Assembly (NCBI GenBank): GCA_965644265.1
Contig: OZ286471.1
Span: forward strand, 46,438,001 to 46,502,000
Direction of reading: 5' to 3'
DNA length: 64,000 nucleotides
DNA from: Glycera tridactyla
Taxonomy: Eukaryota
Shown one piece after another: positions 25,501 through 39,610 of the stretch (within the stretch, counting starts at the first letter, position 1; the number at the start of each line of letters is the position of its first letter). The translations under genes and the position numbers were made by a program. Below the pieces are notes generated by a model that saw only the letters and a program-made list of their open reading frames with translations, was not told the origin of the DNA and did not search any database.

Positions 25501-28500
25501 AGACCATCCTCGTGCTCACCTGACAAATGCCACTCTCATTGATTACATGTAAGGTCCACGATTGTGGCATAAGCAGCAACAATAATGATAACAACAATGG
25601 GAGCCGCCGTAGTTCAGAAAGAAGTGGACGCTTTCGGAGGTGGTTGAGGTATATTAGCTTTTATCACTTGCCAGATGCAACGTTCGGCAATGGGAAAAAT
25701 GTATGAAATAGAAAAGCTTGTGATTTATTGAGAAGTTATTCTATATCAGTGCTTCATCAAATGCTGTCTTATTTCTGCAACTTCACCAGCAATCTCTGGT
25801 AGCTCTTCATAGACTAAAACACGAGCGAAGCAAATAGTCCTGTCCTCAACAAATCAGCTCTGAACGACATTCTGTTGTCATCAAATGAATGTGGTGTGAT
25901 ACCTCTGTTGCATACACAGGCCATCTATAGAATGGTTAAAGCCTTATGTTATGATGAGGGGTTCAGGGATGACCGAGTCCAAGATATAGATTCCTCTCAA
26001 TATTATCCGCTTGGTGTTTTTGGAATTCGGTAGACCGCGCACTGGCCATATTTCAGATCGTGATTTGTGTACACAGACAAGCTTGGTGTGACCTTGTGGG
26101 TGAACATTTCGTCTAACTTTCAAATTCAATAACCCCTCCGCAATTTGGTAGCATATCCAACCAATTCTACCATTTGACCAAGAATTAGATGGGTTATCCC
26201 TGCGATTTGACTCGAGAAATAACCCTGAATGATTTTCCATTTTTTTTGTCGTGGACTTTCAAGAAACATGATTTTCAGGTCATTCGTACTCGGAAAGACA
26301 CCATATCCAGGGGCATTTTCTGGTGTTGTGCAGAAGAAATTATAGTGTCGCGAGCCAACCGCGGTGACCTCGCCGCACCATTGGTCTTGAGAGGAAGTGT
26401 CATCGTGCGCATGCGCGGAGGTCGCTGTCAAGGCACCTTAACTTTCTCACCTCCATCAGCCGGGTTCTTTAAGCAGCAATCGGGGCATGCGTGACTAGCC
26501 GGTTGGGCCGCGGATTTCAGCCCATCTCTTCATGCCCTACTATTTGGCTTATTTTTCTCTCCACTGAAACTGCCATCCCATCATCATCTGGGATATGTGC
26601 TGAAATTTACCTCTCAACAAGCCATTCACACCGAATCTCATCGGATCCTTTTTGTGATTATTTACACAGTCGACAAGTAAGTGAGAACTACTTTTTTTTT
26701 CTTCCGAATCTAGTTTTTACACTTGCAGCATAGCGGTACATCAGTCTGAGATTAATGCTCTGTACATGGTCAGAATTCCTTTAGACGATATCTCCAACCC
26801 GTTTTTATCTGTCACGATTGAAATACATAAGATGGAATCATCTCAACAAAGCAAAGATCAGCGAAATGTATGGGTATTTTCAGATCAGTACTTTTTCAGC
26901 CTCCTTACATGGCCTACACCATTTCGTTCTGCAAGAAATCCTCAACTTAGTCTCAGACTCCATGCTGTTACATTTAACCAGTCCTGCCAATTAAACTGAT
27001 CATATCAACGTACTCGCTACTATTCATCAGGGTGAACATAGAAGTACGGCATTCCGATGGAATAATTAAGAAACATCGAGGTAATGGAGCAGTCTCGGGA
27101 ACCGGTGGCATCCAATTGGTGATACTTCACTTGCCAGTACCTTTTGACCATAAAACTCATTGTACGAGAATGCTTTGATTCCAACATGGCTGATAACACC
27201 CACTCGATGATAATTCACATGCCAGTGGCAATTGACTGTGGTCCGTATTTATTCAGAATATATCGATTCCCCACAAATCAGTGATACACGTTTGCCTGTG
27301 CGTCAAGGCCATCGCCACAAATATATGTGATTCCTTGGCTAGGCAAAGAACGGTATTGGTTTATGAAAGACGAAATGCTCATCCACCGAATCATCTCATT
27401 CGATGGAGGGTCCATTCTGATCTTGTTGTGAAGGGACGTGTGGCCCGCGGTGGTCAACACCGATTTAAAATGCAAATGTGATGATTCAGTCTCGGCGATC
27501 ACACAATACAATCCCAATGCTTCCCCATGTTCAAAGTGCTGCTCTTTGCTTGAGCGTTGCTCTCAAGCTTGACTGTCAGTGTCATTTTCAGGTCCATTGT
27601 GTTCACGTTCACGAGGTAAACCTTTAAATTTCCCCATCATCTTTTGTTCAGGGTCCGTGAAAGTGATGCCCGCATGGTAGAGAGCATCCTGCTTTCTAAT
27701 ACCAGGAGCACATGGCATACATTAACCTCTGGATTGATACCGTTAGATAACACACAAACGGAGAACACATTCCCTTGCATGACTGACAAAAGTAAGACCC
27801 TCTCTATTCTCTCGTGCTGTCATCACAAGTGGCTCCGCCGCACATCGGTTCGGACTTGTCAGGGCTGGCATCAGTTTCACCTGGGAGTGTGACGGAATTA
27901 TATCATGAGCATAGAACAGCGTACGACCATTATGAAGCTGGTTTAGGATTGACAATTCTTAATTGAACACTTTGATTGATTGTCACGTGGTTATGTCGCT
28001 TGTATTATTGTATGCAAGCAAATGGGTGTCTGAATCGACCACTACTCCTACCTGATAACCACCCCAGTTCCCATCAAATCATGTACAACGTTTATGAGAG
28101 TGATACATCGAGGCCAGAACATTCCAATCTTCAAGATATGGTACATAAGGAGTACACAATCTCAGGTCTTGATACATGCTGTCACACCCTTACCAATCAA
28201 TCAATCAACTCAATAGAGAATATTCAATCCAGGATACAGAGTTGACTGCTCGATTGCGATCTAAAACCATCACTTCTATTTGGAGGCACATTTCAAGGCT
28301 GGCGTGTATCCAGAGGTGATCTATCGAGCAAATTCGATTGTATTTAATGAGAAAATGTGTTACGAAGTATGAAGAGATTAAGGAGCCCATAAAGTGAGAA
28401 GGGTGGTCACATGATTTAACTAGGCATGTATGCCAAAAAAGGATGCCTGGTAACACACATCACCTCTGCTGGTGATTGTGAGAGAAATTATTTCGAATTT

Positions 28501-31500
28501 CCTGCCATTCAAGTGGGTGCCACATTCATCCAGTCCACCTGCTGCTCATTGTGTCTAAATGGCCAGGTTAGGGATATCTCACTCTCAAAACCCAATGTGA
28601 ATTTCACTTATGAATCACTGAATTACACAATCAAACGCTTTAATGCCTTCCAAGATTAAAATGCTTCAAAGTATACCCATAATGTGCAATTAAACATCAG
28701 TTCAAAATGAAATAAAGTAAAATAAGATAAAAGGTGGAGAGTATTCATATCATCAGCAGTATCAAACCTGATAGAGAGTCAACATCGATCATGAACTGGC
28801 AGGAAATTCCTCGAAGCAGGAGCCATTTTCATGATAAGTAGACTCATATTGAGCTTTCCAAGTGATCTATACAAAGCAGACGTGCCTTTACAACAACCAT
28901 ACAAGATTTCATGGAAATCGGAACAGTTTATCACCTTCAATCAGCTACCACCAAAAACTATCAAAATTTGTGCCATTTTTTGTCATCTAAACTGCAGTCC
29001 CAAATGAGAGTGGTAAGAACAAGGATGCCCGCAAGACAGGCATCCTTAAAAATTGCGTTATGGTGGAATCGTTGCATTCGAACTACGAGTCAAACAAATT
29101 GTTTCGATCAATAATATCTAATAACAAGTTGGGTTAGCCGCTGTAGGGGTGGGCTGGGGTGGAGTGACAAAGTACTAAAACACCATGGCTGGAGTGAAAT
29201 GCACCACCTCACAGTGATCCAGGTACTCAAAAGACAGTATGTCACAGGCACGACTCGATTCACTGGATGTCCTTTGTCTAACCCCGCTTTCTGACACCTC
29301 CCGACAGCAGGAAGTACTGTAGTGGGGTGATTAACTATGTGATCCCAAGTCAATATTTGATGGAAAGAAAAGTCAATATCTAATGAGGAAAAACATCGCT
29401 CGAACAAGGGACAATAATTCAATTGAAAACCCCTGGCTGCTCCTAAAGAGAGGAACCATTAATGGTGGGGGTCATTCATTCCTAATGGCAATGAGCCTTC
29501 ATGGGGGCTATATATTCAACTATGGATACTTGATCGATGACTGACGATTATAGTGTATCAATCGTGTATGATATCCTGCTTTCATTATGTGGGGGATATC
29601 TCTTGGCATGGGCCTTCCATCAGTTTGATGATTGGTGATCATCGGTTGGTTTGGAAGAAATCATATGAGATGGTGACATCGATATATTGACGTTTCATCC
29701 ATTCGAAAATGCCTGAATAGGAGACCAAATAATTGCTTCGTTGAACCAAAATCTTACTTCCAACCATTCTCCTCGCCGGGAAGTCAAGTGTTTATTTCCA
29801 GAAATTTCTATCAGGGTATTTCACTATAGTGACCGCCTTTGTGTGCTCCGAAATATTCTGTAACCAGGGGTATTGACGCTCCGATATGATCTGTTGTCGT
29901 CAAAAATTTAGACAGTGTACTTTGTCTGGCCTGGTTATGCTATCAGGTAGTGTGATTACAGCTGGTTTGAAGTTGACACTTCATAAGTCACTACATATTC
30001 CAAGCTTCAAGTAATGCACTATTTCCCAAAAGCACAAACATCAGGCTCAAATTTCAGCATCCAACCAGTTACATCTTGAATATCTAATACATAGGTTGAT
30101 CACGTTCATATGAGGCTTGTTTAGGTGGGTTCGAACTGTCAGCTATTTCTGATGCATGCAGGAACATACCTTCCATAGGCAAGGAACTTACAGCATACAT
30201 ATACATTCAGATTAATATATGCCATAACTTCAATCAATCAATCAATCAATCAATCGATCAATGAGTGGATCTGCCATGAGGTGTACATCCGTGGAGAAAT
30301 GGAAACACAATTAACGTTTTGATTAAATGCATCAATTTGCTAAATCAAACGCAGCTGAGGTAAAATAAAGGAACGAGAATCCCAGATTTGCGGTGAAGTC
30401 TGCTGGTATTTGATGCAGAAAGATCAGTCACTACTCGGTTTCAGCACACACCAGATGTGGTTTTATTACTTGTTTAATGGATTATCCCGATATTTCCGCA
30501 TATATTCGACTCGTAACATTGCACCTTTCGACAACCCACCCACAAAAGAAGCGCAAACACGACCGACACGCTGTATATGGTTACGTCTCAAATCGGTGAA
30601 TCTCTACATATGTATGAGATAAACAGGTATCTCCACCAGCGGATTGTGGTCCGGACTTGTCTCGACCTTGCCCAGTATGTTGGTGGATCATTTAAATTTG
30701 TTCTTCAGTGTAAATATGAAACTAGTCTTAGTACCTGAGAGGAATATCTACCCTGACCTGCATCCTCCTGGTCGGTCATTTCAACATGACGGAATAGAGG
30801 AGGTGTATATCATGTATAGCCACTCCTTATTTCATGCGGCGTTTTGACTCTTCATACGCCGTTACATACTCACTCATGATATACAGCCGAAGTTGCTTGG
30901 GAAACCACCCATGCGCACCTGTTTACAATGGCCACTATTTGTTGAGAACATCATCATTCTCCTCAATGAACGAACTCCCATCCCTCACAAGACATTGCCA
31001 AACCGTGAAATAATACTAGGTCAATCAAGTAATCAATCACAGAATTGATCAATAAATCTATCAATCAACCAATCAGTCAGTCATCTGCTCAGCATTCAGT
31101 CAGTCAGTCAGTCAACGAATCAATCAGTCTGTCAGTTACCAATCAATTTCGTCATGACACTCTGCGTCACCGTGCTGCAGCATGTTCAGGTATGGTGATT
31201 ATCCACAGCAAACTAGTCACACAAAAAAACAATATTCTGTGTGGTTGAGTGTATGAGCCATTCCTCTCTCCTCGAGCCGGTTTCATGACTCATGAGTTCC
31301 TTACTCCTTTTTCCAAAAGTGCATTAGTCATGATTTTCGAATTAGTTCGAACAACACTGTATTTGTGTACATGATAGCAGCAACGGTATATATGTTCCAT
31401 GAACTTCCATTATGGTGCTATCTAAATCTATTACGCGTTCATAACAGATTCACATACTCTTCAATTCGCAGCATTAAGGAGATCAGAGCCAGTCCATCTG

Positions 31501-32603
31501 GGAAAACCAACCCCTTCTAGCTCTGACATCGCAATTGAGTTGAAGTGAAATATCTCCACAAAACAGTGACACAAACATAAGAAACCACCGTTAGAGAGGG
31601 TTACACGTCGCCATTGTGCTGGAATATATATTATATGATTGTGTAACCTGATACAAGGACATTGAAGCCTATTTCCAGGATTTATCAAGTGAGTTATAGC
31701 TCAATGATGTGATGGTCTAATGTTGACTTTGCCTCCAAGTTATTGAATATATCACATTGAATTCTATTAGTCAAAAGACCTGTGAGAGCTGTGTTTGACT
31801 ATTTCGTTGTTCACCAGCTGGTCGCTTGCACAGTGCCGATGGAGGCAGTAGTCTTGGATCAATTCCAAATAAGGGATCCTCATTGTCCAACCAATCTCTG
31901 GTATGATGTCGAAAACATTCGCGGCATTCTGCTTATTCGATAAAGGTTCCATTTGATGCTGAAGCAGTTTCTCCCATACTGTGTTCGGCTCCGTGAAGTA
32001 CATCTGTTCTGGATTTCGGATTAAGAGCAGGTGTGGTGCATTGATCACTATTGGTAAAGTTCCTGAATGTGGTGTGACATAAATGTATATAGCGACTTTT
32101 GCGTCTTATCCTCTCACGATCTTCTTCATTCCTTTCGTACATGATTGAATCGAGAAATGCAGCCAGTGGATTGATTCTATTCGCCTTTCTTTTTCTGGAA
32201 TTTTGGCGAACGGAAGAGTGTTACTTGATCGTTGTGTTTTGAGTCGAACTTACCGAAGAAAAAACAATCTGAGCAATTATGATATCATGAGAATTACTAC
32301 GGTATCAACAAAAATGCGATACGTATATGTATATATCACAAAAATCCGATACGATTACGATAGAAGACGCACAGAGAGATTCAAATGTAGACAGACAAAC
32401 TCCCCCCCCCCCCCCACACACACACACATACCCAACCAAGCAGGCAGGCAGGAAGGAAGACAGACGGGTAGGCCTTCAGATGGATAGACTGACGGATGGA
32501 CGCGTGTCTTGTTTGTTTGAGGCTTAACGGCATGTATCCACCCTAGGGTCACGTATGCAGTGTGCTCCTGATTGATGAAAGCTAGGTTTTCTCTCCCTTG
32601 CAG

Positions 32604-32704
32604 ACATATATCTCACAAACCCTGAACACGAGATGATGGGGAACCTGAAAGGTTGTCAATTAGTGGAAGTAGCTGACTGTTCAGACACGCCTCTCGACGC
32701 GTAG
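32604..32704 (+). pseudogene. Exon-start module copy F (intact acceptor)
   Basis: ttttctctcccttgcag|AC then IYLTNPEHEMMGNLKGCQLVEVADCSDTPLDA*. Homologous to the copies near 2006, 9473, 18643, 22774 and 23849. Confidence 0.5.
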
Positions 32705-35700
32705 AAGGATGGACATACAAACGTATGGACATAGAGACATACAGACGTCTGGGCTAGGTTCGTACATGATGACCATGTATGTGATGGCGCGTATGTGCGT
32801 GCGTGCGTGCGTGTGTGTATCTGATCTCCATGTTTGCGAGTTTGCGGTTGGTCTCGACAAGCGGGGGCGGTGGTTACACGCGGTCAGATTGTGACAGGCG
32901 TGGGGTAGCGCGGGGTCGGGGTTGAGGTCGAGAAAGACGCCCTCGATCCCTTTCTCTGACTAAATGCTGTTAAACATGGATGTTTGCTCCCCCTGGTTGC
33001 CACCCTTTGCAATGAAAAACACGCACCCTGACCCCTGTCGGCCTGATTCGGCATACCCATACATTTACATTCATATTTAAGACCTTTTTGAAAGCCTGCG
33101 TTCGGTGCAAAAAAAAGGGATGAAAGAACTCCTAGCATGCATTTTAACGCTGAAGACATAATATGTATTTCATGTGTTATCACGTATTTCTTTGCATATG
33201 TATATGCATATTTGCCCATACCTAACAATTGCCAAGATGCAAACTGAACCGGCTTTGGTTGAATGAATTGATCGATAGTTGTGATAGAGTAAGGTAGAAA
33301 ACGAACGCCATAACAGGTTTGAATAGAATTTCTGGCGACCACTGATCATGATTTCAGAATATTTGTGTAATTTGGAGAGGAACTGTCATAATTTCGGCGT
33401 GAGAATGCCATTCATTGGCTGTAACATTTACATCCTATCGTAAGACACTCAGTATATGCGTGTAATCCTGCACAGGTCGCACGTCCTGGTTGGGATGGAA
33501 TCACGTTGTCAATTCCAAGCAGAGTGATTGGTCGAGGAGATGAAATCGACAGCCACTGGCTGCTACAGGCCACGATTTGAAAAAATATCAGATTTGAGAT
33601 TCAGGACCCTGTGAATAGATACTGTAACATCTCTTTTCCACAAATTTGAAAGCCGCCTATATGCCTATATGTGTGATGACGTTTCTGAGATATAATGATG
33701 TCATTTTGTTGTCAGTGTAACATCATGAAGTTGTTATGTCAACACGTGGTGTTGGGGGCAGACATTTTTGTGCGGTTGTTTTATATATCACACTGTGATC
33801 CAGAACTTTCCATGCTCATTGTGGACGAATAAGTTCACCACAAACTATTCAACACTTGAGGTAGAAATCATCTTTCTTTTCGATGTAGTCACTTCGCCTA
33901 TTTCTTGTCAGCACTCAAGGGGGGGGGGGGGGGAGATGAACTGCCTTCACTCCCCAAGCTGCGTGCTATTTTTGTTGCTAAACTGTGATATAGATATGGG
34001 GAATTCCAATCTATACATACAGCGTGTCAATATGAAGACGACATGTCATTCTCTCTCACTTCTTCAGGTTATGTCAATATGCATAATATTTATATATATC
34101 TTGCCCTCACCCGCCCACCTTCAGCCCCGAACTTTCCACCCTGAACTTGGCGTCTTGCCCTGTACCAGTCACGCCGAGCATTTCCCATATGTGAAATAAA
34201 ATACAATCAATTTGGTCTCTCTTCGTGGTATTGTCCCAATTGAACACGTTCACCTGACCAGTCGTGGTCAAATAACTGGTTTGAAAAGAATGACATTCGA
34301 GAGGACAACCCGGGCTTGGGTCAGCGCTATAATAATAAGGAATGTCACTCTGCTGTTGAACTCATCCTATACTTGATGCTGTTGTCATATCCTTTTTTCG
34401 AGTCTTCAGCAGTGCTACACACAATTGGATATCTGAATGAAGAAAATCCAATATAACACGAGATGAATATAGTGTGTTTTGGTTTCATATCAAGGTCAAC
34501 ATATTCTCACACATTTTGCTAGAGACAACACATATACCATGTGTGAAGATGTGGCGAGATCCGACTTTGCAAGGTCCTCAGTTTAAAACAGTATTGCAGT
34601 CACCTTTTTCTTCACCGGTCATTTCCATGCCACGTGTGTGTGTGTGTGAGGTTTTATCAAACACAGTCAGATATCTTTTGTGGAATGGAAAAACTCATGA
34701 AATACGTAGCGTGGCAACTGAATCGGATTGAGGTGGTAGCTTTCATTCGAATTCGGGATTCGGAAATGTCTTTTGCCGGTGAAATCAGAACATCTGAGTA
34801 GTATACTGATAAAATCTGGATATATTCATCACGTCATGCGTAAACATTCATGAGCACCTGCATGGATGCATGCATAGTGTATGAACAAATACATTCAAGA
34901 ATGCGACCAGTCTCTTGGGAATTATAACTACAGCTTCCTTATCCACTCAATTCCAACTCGTGCTTGATCATTGCTTCTCATTGACGGAAGTTTGAACCTC
35001 GAATATGTACATCTACCACTTACATAGGAATGATTTTGGGGATGCATATGGGTAGATCCTATTATAGCAAGACTAGATGGCCGTGAATTGAAAACGCAAT
35101 ACCAAATGAGATGTGATTTTCACCGGATTTCACGGGACCGAGTATAGTATTACATTTGTTCCTCACGGCCATATAGTCATGCTTTTATCACATTGATTAG
35201 AGCAGAAATCACCAAAAAGTAGTTCTCACCCAGCTGTGAAGTATCACACGCAATACTCAACCTCTGATGGTTCAGTAAAAGTGGCACATCCTTGCGATGA
35301 AATGTAACATCTGATTGGATGGGGAGATGGGTCAGGCATTTATTCAGCCCTTAACAAAAGTCCCCATGTTTCAGGAACGCATAACAGGCCCGATCCTGCG
35401 ATTCAAATTTCCAATCATCCAATCTATGCGGATCAATCAGATTCGAGCTAATCATATATTTATGTATCTGTATTATCAATATGGTCTCCCACACATGATG
35501 ACATTATCATACTTGAAGTTTCTATTCCGAATCTCAAATCCATCCATGCGAATGAAATTCTTCATTATTTGAGTAGGAAGTGTATGTTGATACCCCGATG
35601 GTCTAGTTTTAGAGGAGTCGTGATGACAGCTGCAATCACCTGGCTCTCAGCCTTTAGCTGACATACTTGATGGGATTTGTAACATCTACATACATCTGCC

Positions 35701-36208
35701 TCGCCTTATCCTTTTGTCATGATATTTGTCTTTCTGGGATCTTTGTTATTTTACAAAGACCACTGCCTCGCTGGTGTACCTGTGCTTCAATCCATCAGCA
35801 TGATATTCCCATCTATTTATCTCTTCCCCGTATCACTTGTCACGAAGTCTTACTCCAGGAAATGCGGGAAAGTTATCTGGGCCACCCAGGTACGCCGTTT
35901 GTTCTTTGGATTTCTCCCGCCTCAAAACTTGTAACACTTCAATACCCTGTACTGAAATAATTTTGAGAGCGCGCTCTCAGCAGTCGGAATTACTCTTACA
36001 TTTCGCAAGGAAATGGTCCAGGGGTGAATACATCTTGGTCCATTGTAGAAGATTGAACATTATTACACTTTGTTGACAAAAATTAGACAGACTGTCGAAG
36101 AATACAATCATAGTGACTACATTGATCAGAGAGCTCTTCCGGTCATCGTTGATTGGTGACCATTGATCTCTCTGAGTGTGATGTTGATTGTACTCATTGG
36201 ATAGGAAA

Positions 36209-36375
36209 TACATAGTCGGACCTGCTCTTAAGACCACCTCTCTATAGAGATCACCCTGAGCTGCGACCATGGTAGTATTTTCAACGGTAAATGTCCTATC
36301 TATAAAGACCACCTGCCTATAAAGACCACTTTTCGATGCAACCGAAGGCGGTCTTTATAGACAGGTTCGCCTGTA
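36209..36375. mobile_element. MITE copy 1 (Tc1/mariner or pogo-like inverted ends)
   Basis: Imperfect inverted ends (tagtcggacctg ... caggttcgcctgta) and internal ctataaagaccac repeats. Homologous in reverse orientation to 52637-52818. Confidence 0.7.
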
Positions 36376-36959
36376 TTGTAACAATCCAATACCGATGAAA
36401 TTCACATCCATCTCCCCCCCCCCCCTCTAATTTTCTGACGAGCTGTAATCTAGGATTTCCTTGCTTTGTATCGTCGCCAATGGGACTTAGTATATGAATC
36501 CATTGTTGATTGGTTGGTTGGTTGATTGGTTGATTGATTGACTGTATGTGTGTGTAAGTTTATATGTGTGCGCCATACCCACACTCTTCATGACACATGT
36601 GAAGGCGCTTCATCTACCCAGTGGGAACACCATTGTTGACATTGTAACAGTCTTTACAGACATGGATCGTGGTATAAAAGAGTGCTAAGCCCACGCCAAG
36701 TTTGTATGTCGTGTCATGCGTGTAGAGACCCATGTCCGCAACCAGCTTGCTTGATTTCATTCATCTTGTAGATAATCTATCAACACGCTTGTAAACTCAC
36801 GACACAACCACCATGTTGACACGAAGATTCAACTTCCTAGGCCAACTCCCACCCAGCTCCAACCCTCTAGTCCTCTTTCAAGGAAGATCTCACCCCGAAA
36901 ATTCGACCTCAGGTATTCATTTCGCCTTCGTGAAGATATCCATTGATCAATATAGGTCA

Positions 36960-37295
36960 CCCTATTTGTACCAAGTTTCCCAACGGCACACCTATTTCAG
37001 GTTGAAGTGATCTATATCTCAGTGAAGCTAACCTAATACGTAGCAACCGCAAGTGGATGTTGTTGCACCACCCCGTAGGATTTGTGGTGTAATTTTCTTG
37101 GAGTAGGAATATTTACTTAGCCGTTTAATACCAGTTTTGAGCGCGAAATCATCCATTTTTTCGCATCGTTGAAATAGACACGGAGCGTTCGTCTGCCTTG
37201 CAAGTAAGACCCGTGAAGCCACATACATATGCGATACATGGGTTTGCTCAAATCGTGTATTGCGTGTAATCCTGTTTGGTGGAGGTGGTCTTGAG
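36960..37295 (-). mobile_element. Decayed tyrosine recombinase remnant (DIRS/Ngaro- or Crypton-like)
   Basis: Across frameshifts it reads KTTSTKQD...NPCIA/YVASR...NAPCLFQ...F...IKRL...ITPQILRGGATT...VCRW. The order follows the YR consensus SKTDQ, CPVxALxxYLxxR, PLF, HSxRxGxAT, GRW. The catalytic His position reads Gln. Confidence 0.4.
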
Positions 37296-38764
37296 TTTAA
37301 TCTGCATACATTTGGTCGGATGGCGGATCAATGGTGGGATTATGTATAGCACATGTCTATTGGAGGTCCACGCTCGGTCCCCTGCAACCATCAATCATAC
37401 ACGCCCTGGACACACGATAATGAGAAATAAGAAAGATTAGGTAGCAGATAATTCAGACACAAGTGAACCCAATGTATTCAGTCAAAATATTGACAGACTT
37501 CACAATTATGTGTCTCCTTTCTCGCAAAGTTGTCTCAGAAGTTGATGGCCGAAGAACAACCAGTAATGATAGACGATGGCAGAATTCAGCTAAGATAGCC
37601 CCCCTCCCCCTCATATATTCAAATGTATTGATACAGGGTGACTCCCACCATTCTGATGGCTGTGATATATGATACAAATTGCTTTTTGGCAATCAATACT
37701 AGATGACTTATTCTGATCATCAGATATGACTGATGAACTGTGCAAATTGCATCGTGGGTCCCAAATCCTAGAGCTATGACTTGTAGGTTGGGTGGCTTTA
37801 TGCTCAGAATGGCGAGAACGTAACACCTGGCTTCTAGGGGATATACAATATTCGGTAGGATGCATGGATGGATTCATGGATAGATGAATGACATGAAGAA
37901 TGTATTGGTTGATTGACTGGTTGATTGATTGGTGAAAGAATGGGTGGGTTGATGAGAGGGAGATGGAACGAATGGATGGCTAGATGGATCAATTGAGGGA
38001 TTGAAACATATCTGAATAGATGGTAGTGGTTTGTGGATGGATAGAAAGATGGACTGATGGGTGGTTATATCTATGATGGGTAGGTAATGGATTTTGCCAG
38101 GCTGTTCGTGAGGTGAACCTTGGGCAAGCCTCCATGTGGACTATGCTAGCCTGCGTTCTGGCTGAAAAAGCGCGATGGTCATACATAAACTCGGAGCAAT
38201 GCCGCTCGTGCTGAGCAGCACCCGCTTCAGCCTGCATCGCAGGACACTCCCATAGATGGGTACGAACGGAGGCGCCAACGCTGTATAGGCCACCCTAACG
38301 AAGTAGGAGCCAAAACGTGACACAGAGAAATTACTGAAAGTGTAAATAAAGGTGCGAAGTATGTACAGGTCGTATTCCTTGAAGAGAAGAAAGTCAATAA
38401 ACAGGAAACGCCCGGAAATGTGGGCGTAGCTTTATAATTGCCTAGTAATATGATCATCAGTTGGTGGTTCCCAGCAGGTGATAGCAGGTGATGTATTCAT
38501 GAAATTCATTCCGTAGGATCCTCAATCTGAAGGGATATACCTTGCAGTCAGTTCATAATGTATCTGTTATCCACACTAGATTAAAATCGCAGGGAAGTTA
38601 CAAGGGCCTGCCGGGGTAAGGGGAATGGGTCTCTCGGGGTATTTCACATACACAACATTTCAATCCTCTTGTTCTTCGCATAATTCCGTGAGTTTCATCT
38701 CTTTCGCAGCAAATCGAAAGTTCAATTTCCTGAACATTTTTCATTCACTCTATTGACACATCAG

Positions 38765-38950
38765 TGGATAGATGGATGGATGGATGGATGGATGAATGGA
38801 AGAATGTCTGGCTTGATGGGTGGCTGGATTGGTGAATGGCTAGCTGGCTGGATGAGTGGGTGGATAGATGGATGGAAGATAGATAGGTGGATAGATGGGT
38901 GGATGAATGAATGGTTTGATGGATGGGTGTATGGGTGAATGGATTAACGC
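38765..38950. repeat. Degenerate (GATG)n tract
   Basis: Direct reading. A similar degenerate (ATTC)n tract lies at 6350-6515. Confidence 0.85.
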
Positions 38951-39552
38951 ATAAGTCGATGGATGAAGAGACGACGTTATTCTAATTATGAATCTAAATT
39001 TTAGCTCTATTCTGTCTTTCACGATTGACGAAGCTGGGTGCATGTGAACCCATTTCATATTGCACCACATCTCATATGATACCAAAATGCCTTCAATATT
39101 TTTATCCATATTCTCTTATTTCGTCACAGCATTGAGAATACATGGAATCCACTCATTTTCAGGATGAAATATAAGTAAGAAACACACTTATAAAATACAA
39201 ATCAATTGGAGGCTACAAGTAAATATTTACAAATGTATTTATGAGTTGATAATGGAGAAGATGATGATGAGGCATGGCAGTCTGACCCTCAATATATACC
39301 CCGTTTCTTATATGTGCCCATGTATAGTCTCAGTCATAAGTCAAACCGATAGTATGAATATTCATACTAAGATACCGTGTGTTTTCTGATAATTTCTTTA
39401 AAGACTGTGACTTGGTGGTTGAAGGTGAACCCTCTCGTGAAATAGAACAATAATTAACAATGATATTTTTTCTGGCGACTCATGATAGGGCAAAGGGGAG
39501 GAATTTTTCAGAAGCAGTGCCCTTAGTTTGTTAAGGGTGGCGTTAGTTTTCG

Positions 39553-39556
<4 letters not shown>

Positions 39557-39608
<52 letters not shown>
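39557..39608. repeat. (TG)n microsatellite
   Basis: Direct reading. (AT)n lies at 42121-42148. Confidence 0.95.

Positions 39609-39610
<2 letters not shown>

Noticed and set aside
25062-25597. Poly-His, poly-Ile, poly-Met and Asp/Asn-rich ORFs (likewise 7443-7852, 8703-8931, 12201-12620, 14330-14846, 43148-43702, 57207-57545, 61432-62396)
   Set aside because: Translations of microsatellite or low-complexity tracts that are open in several frames at once.
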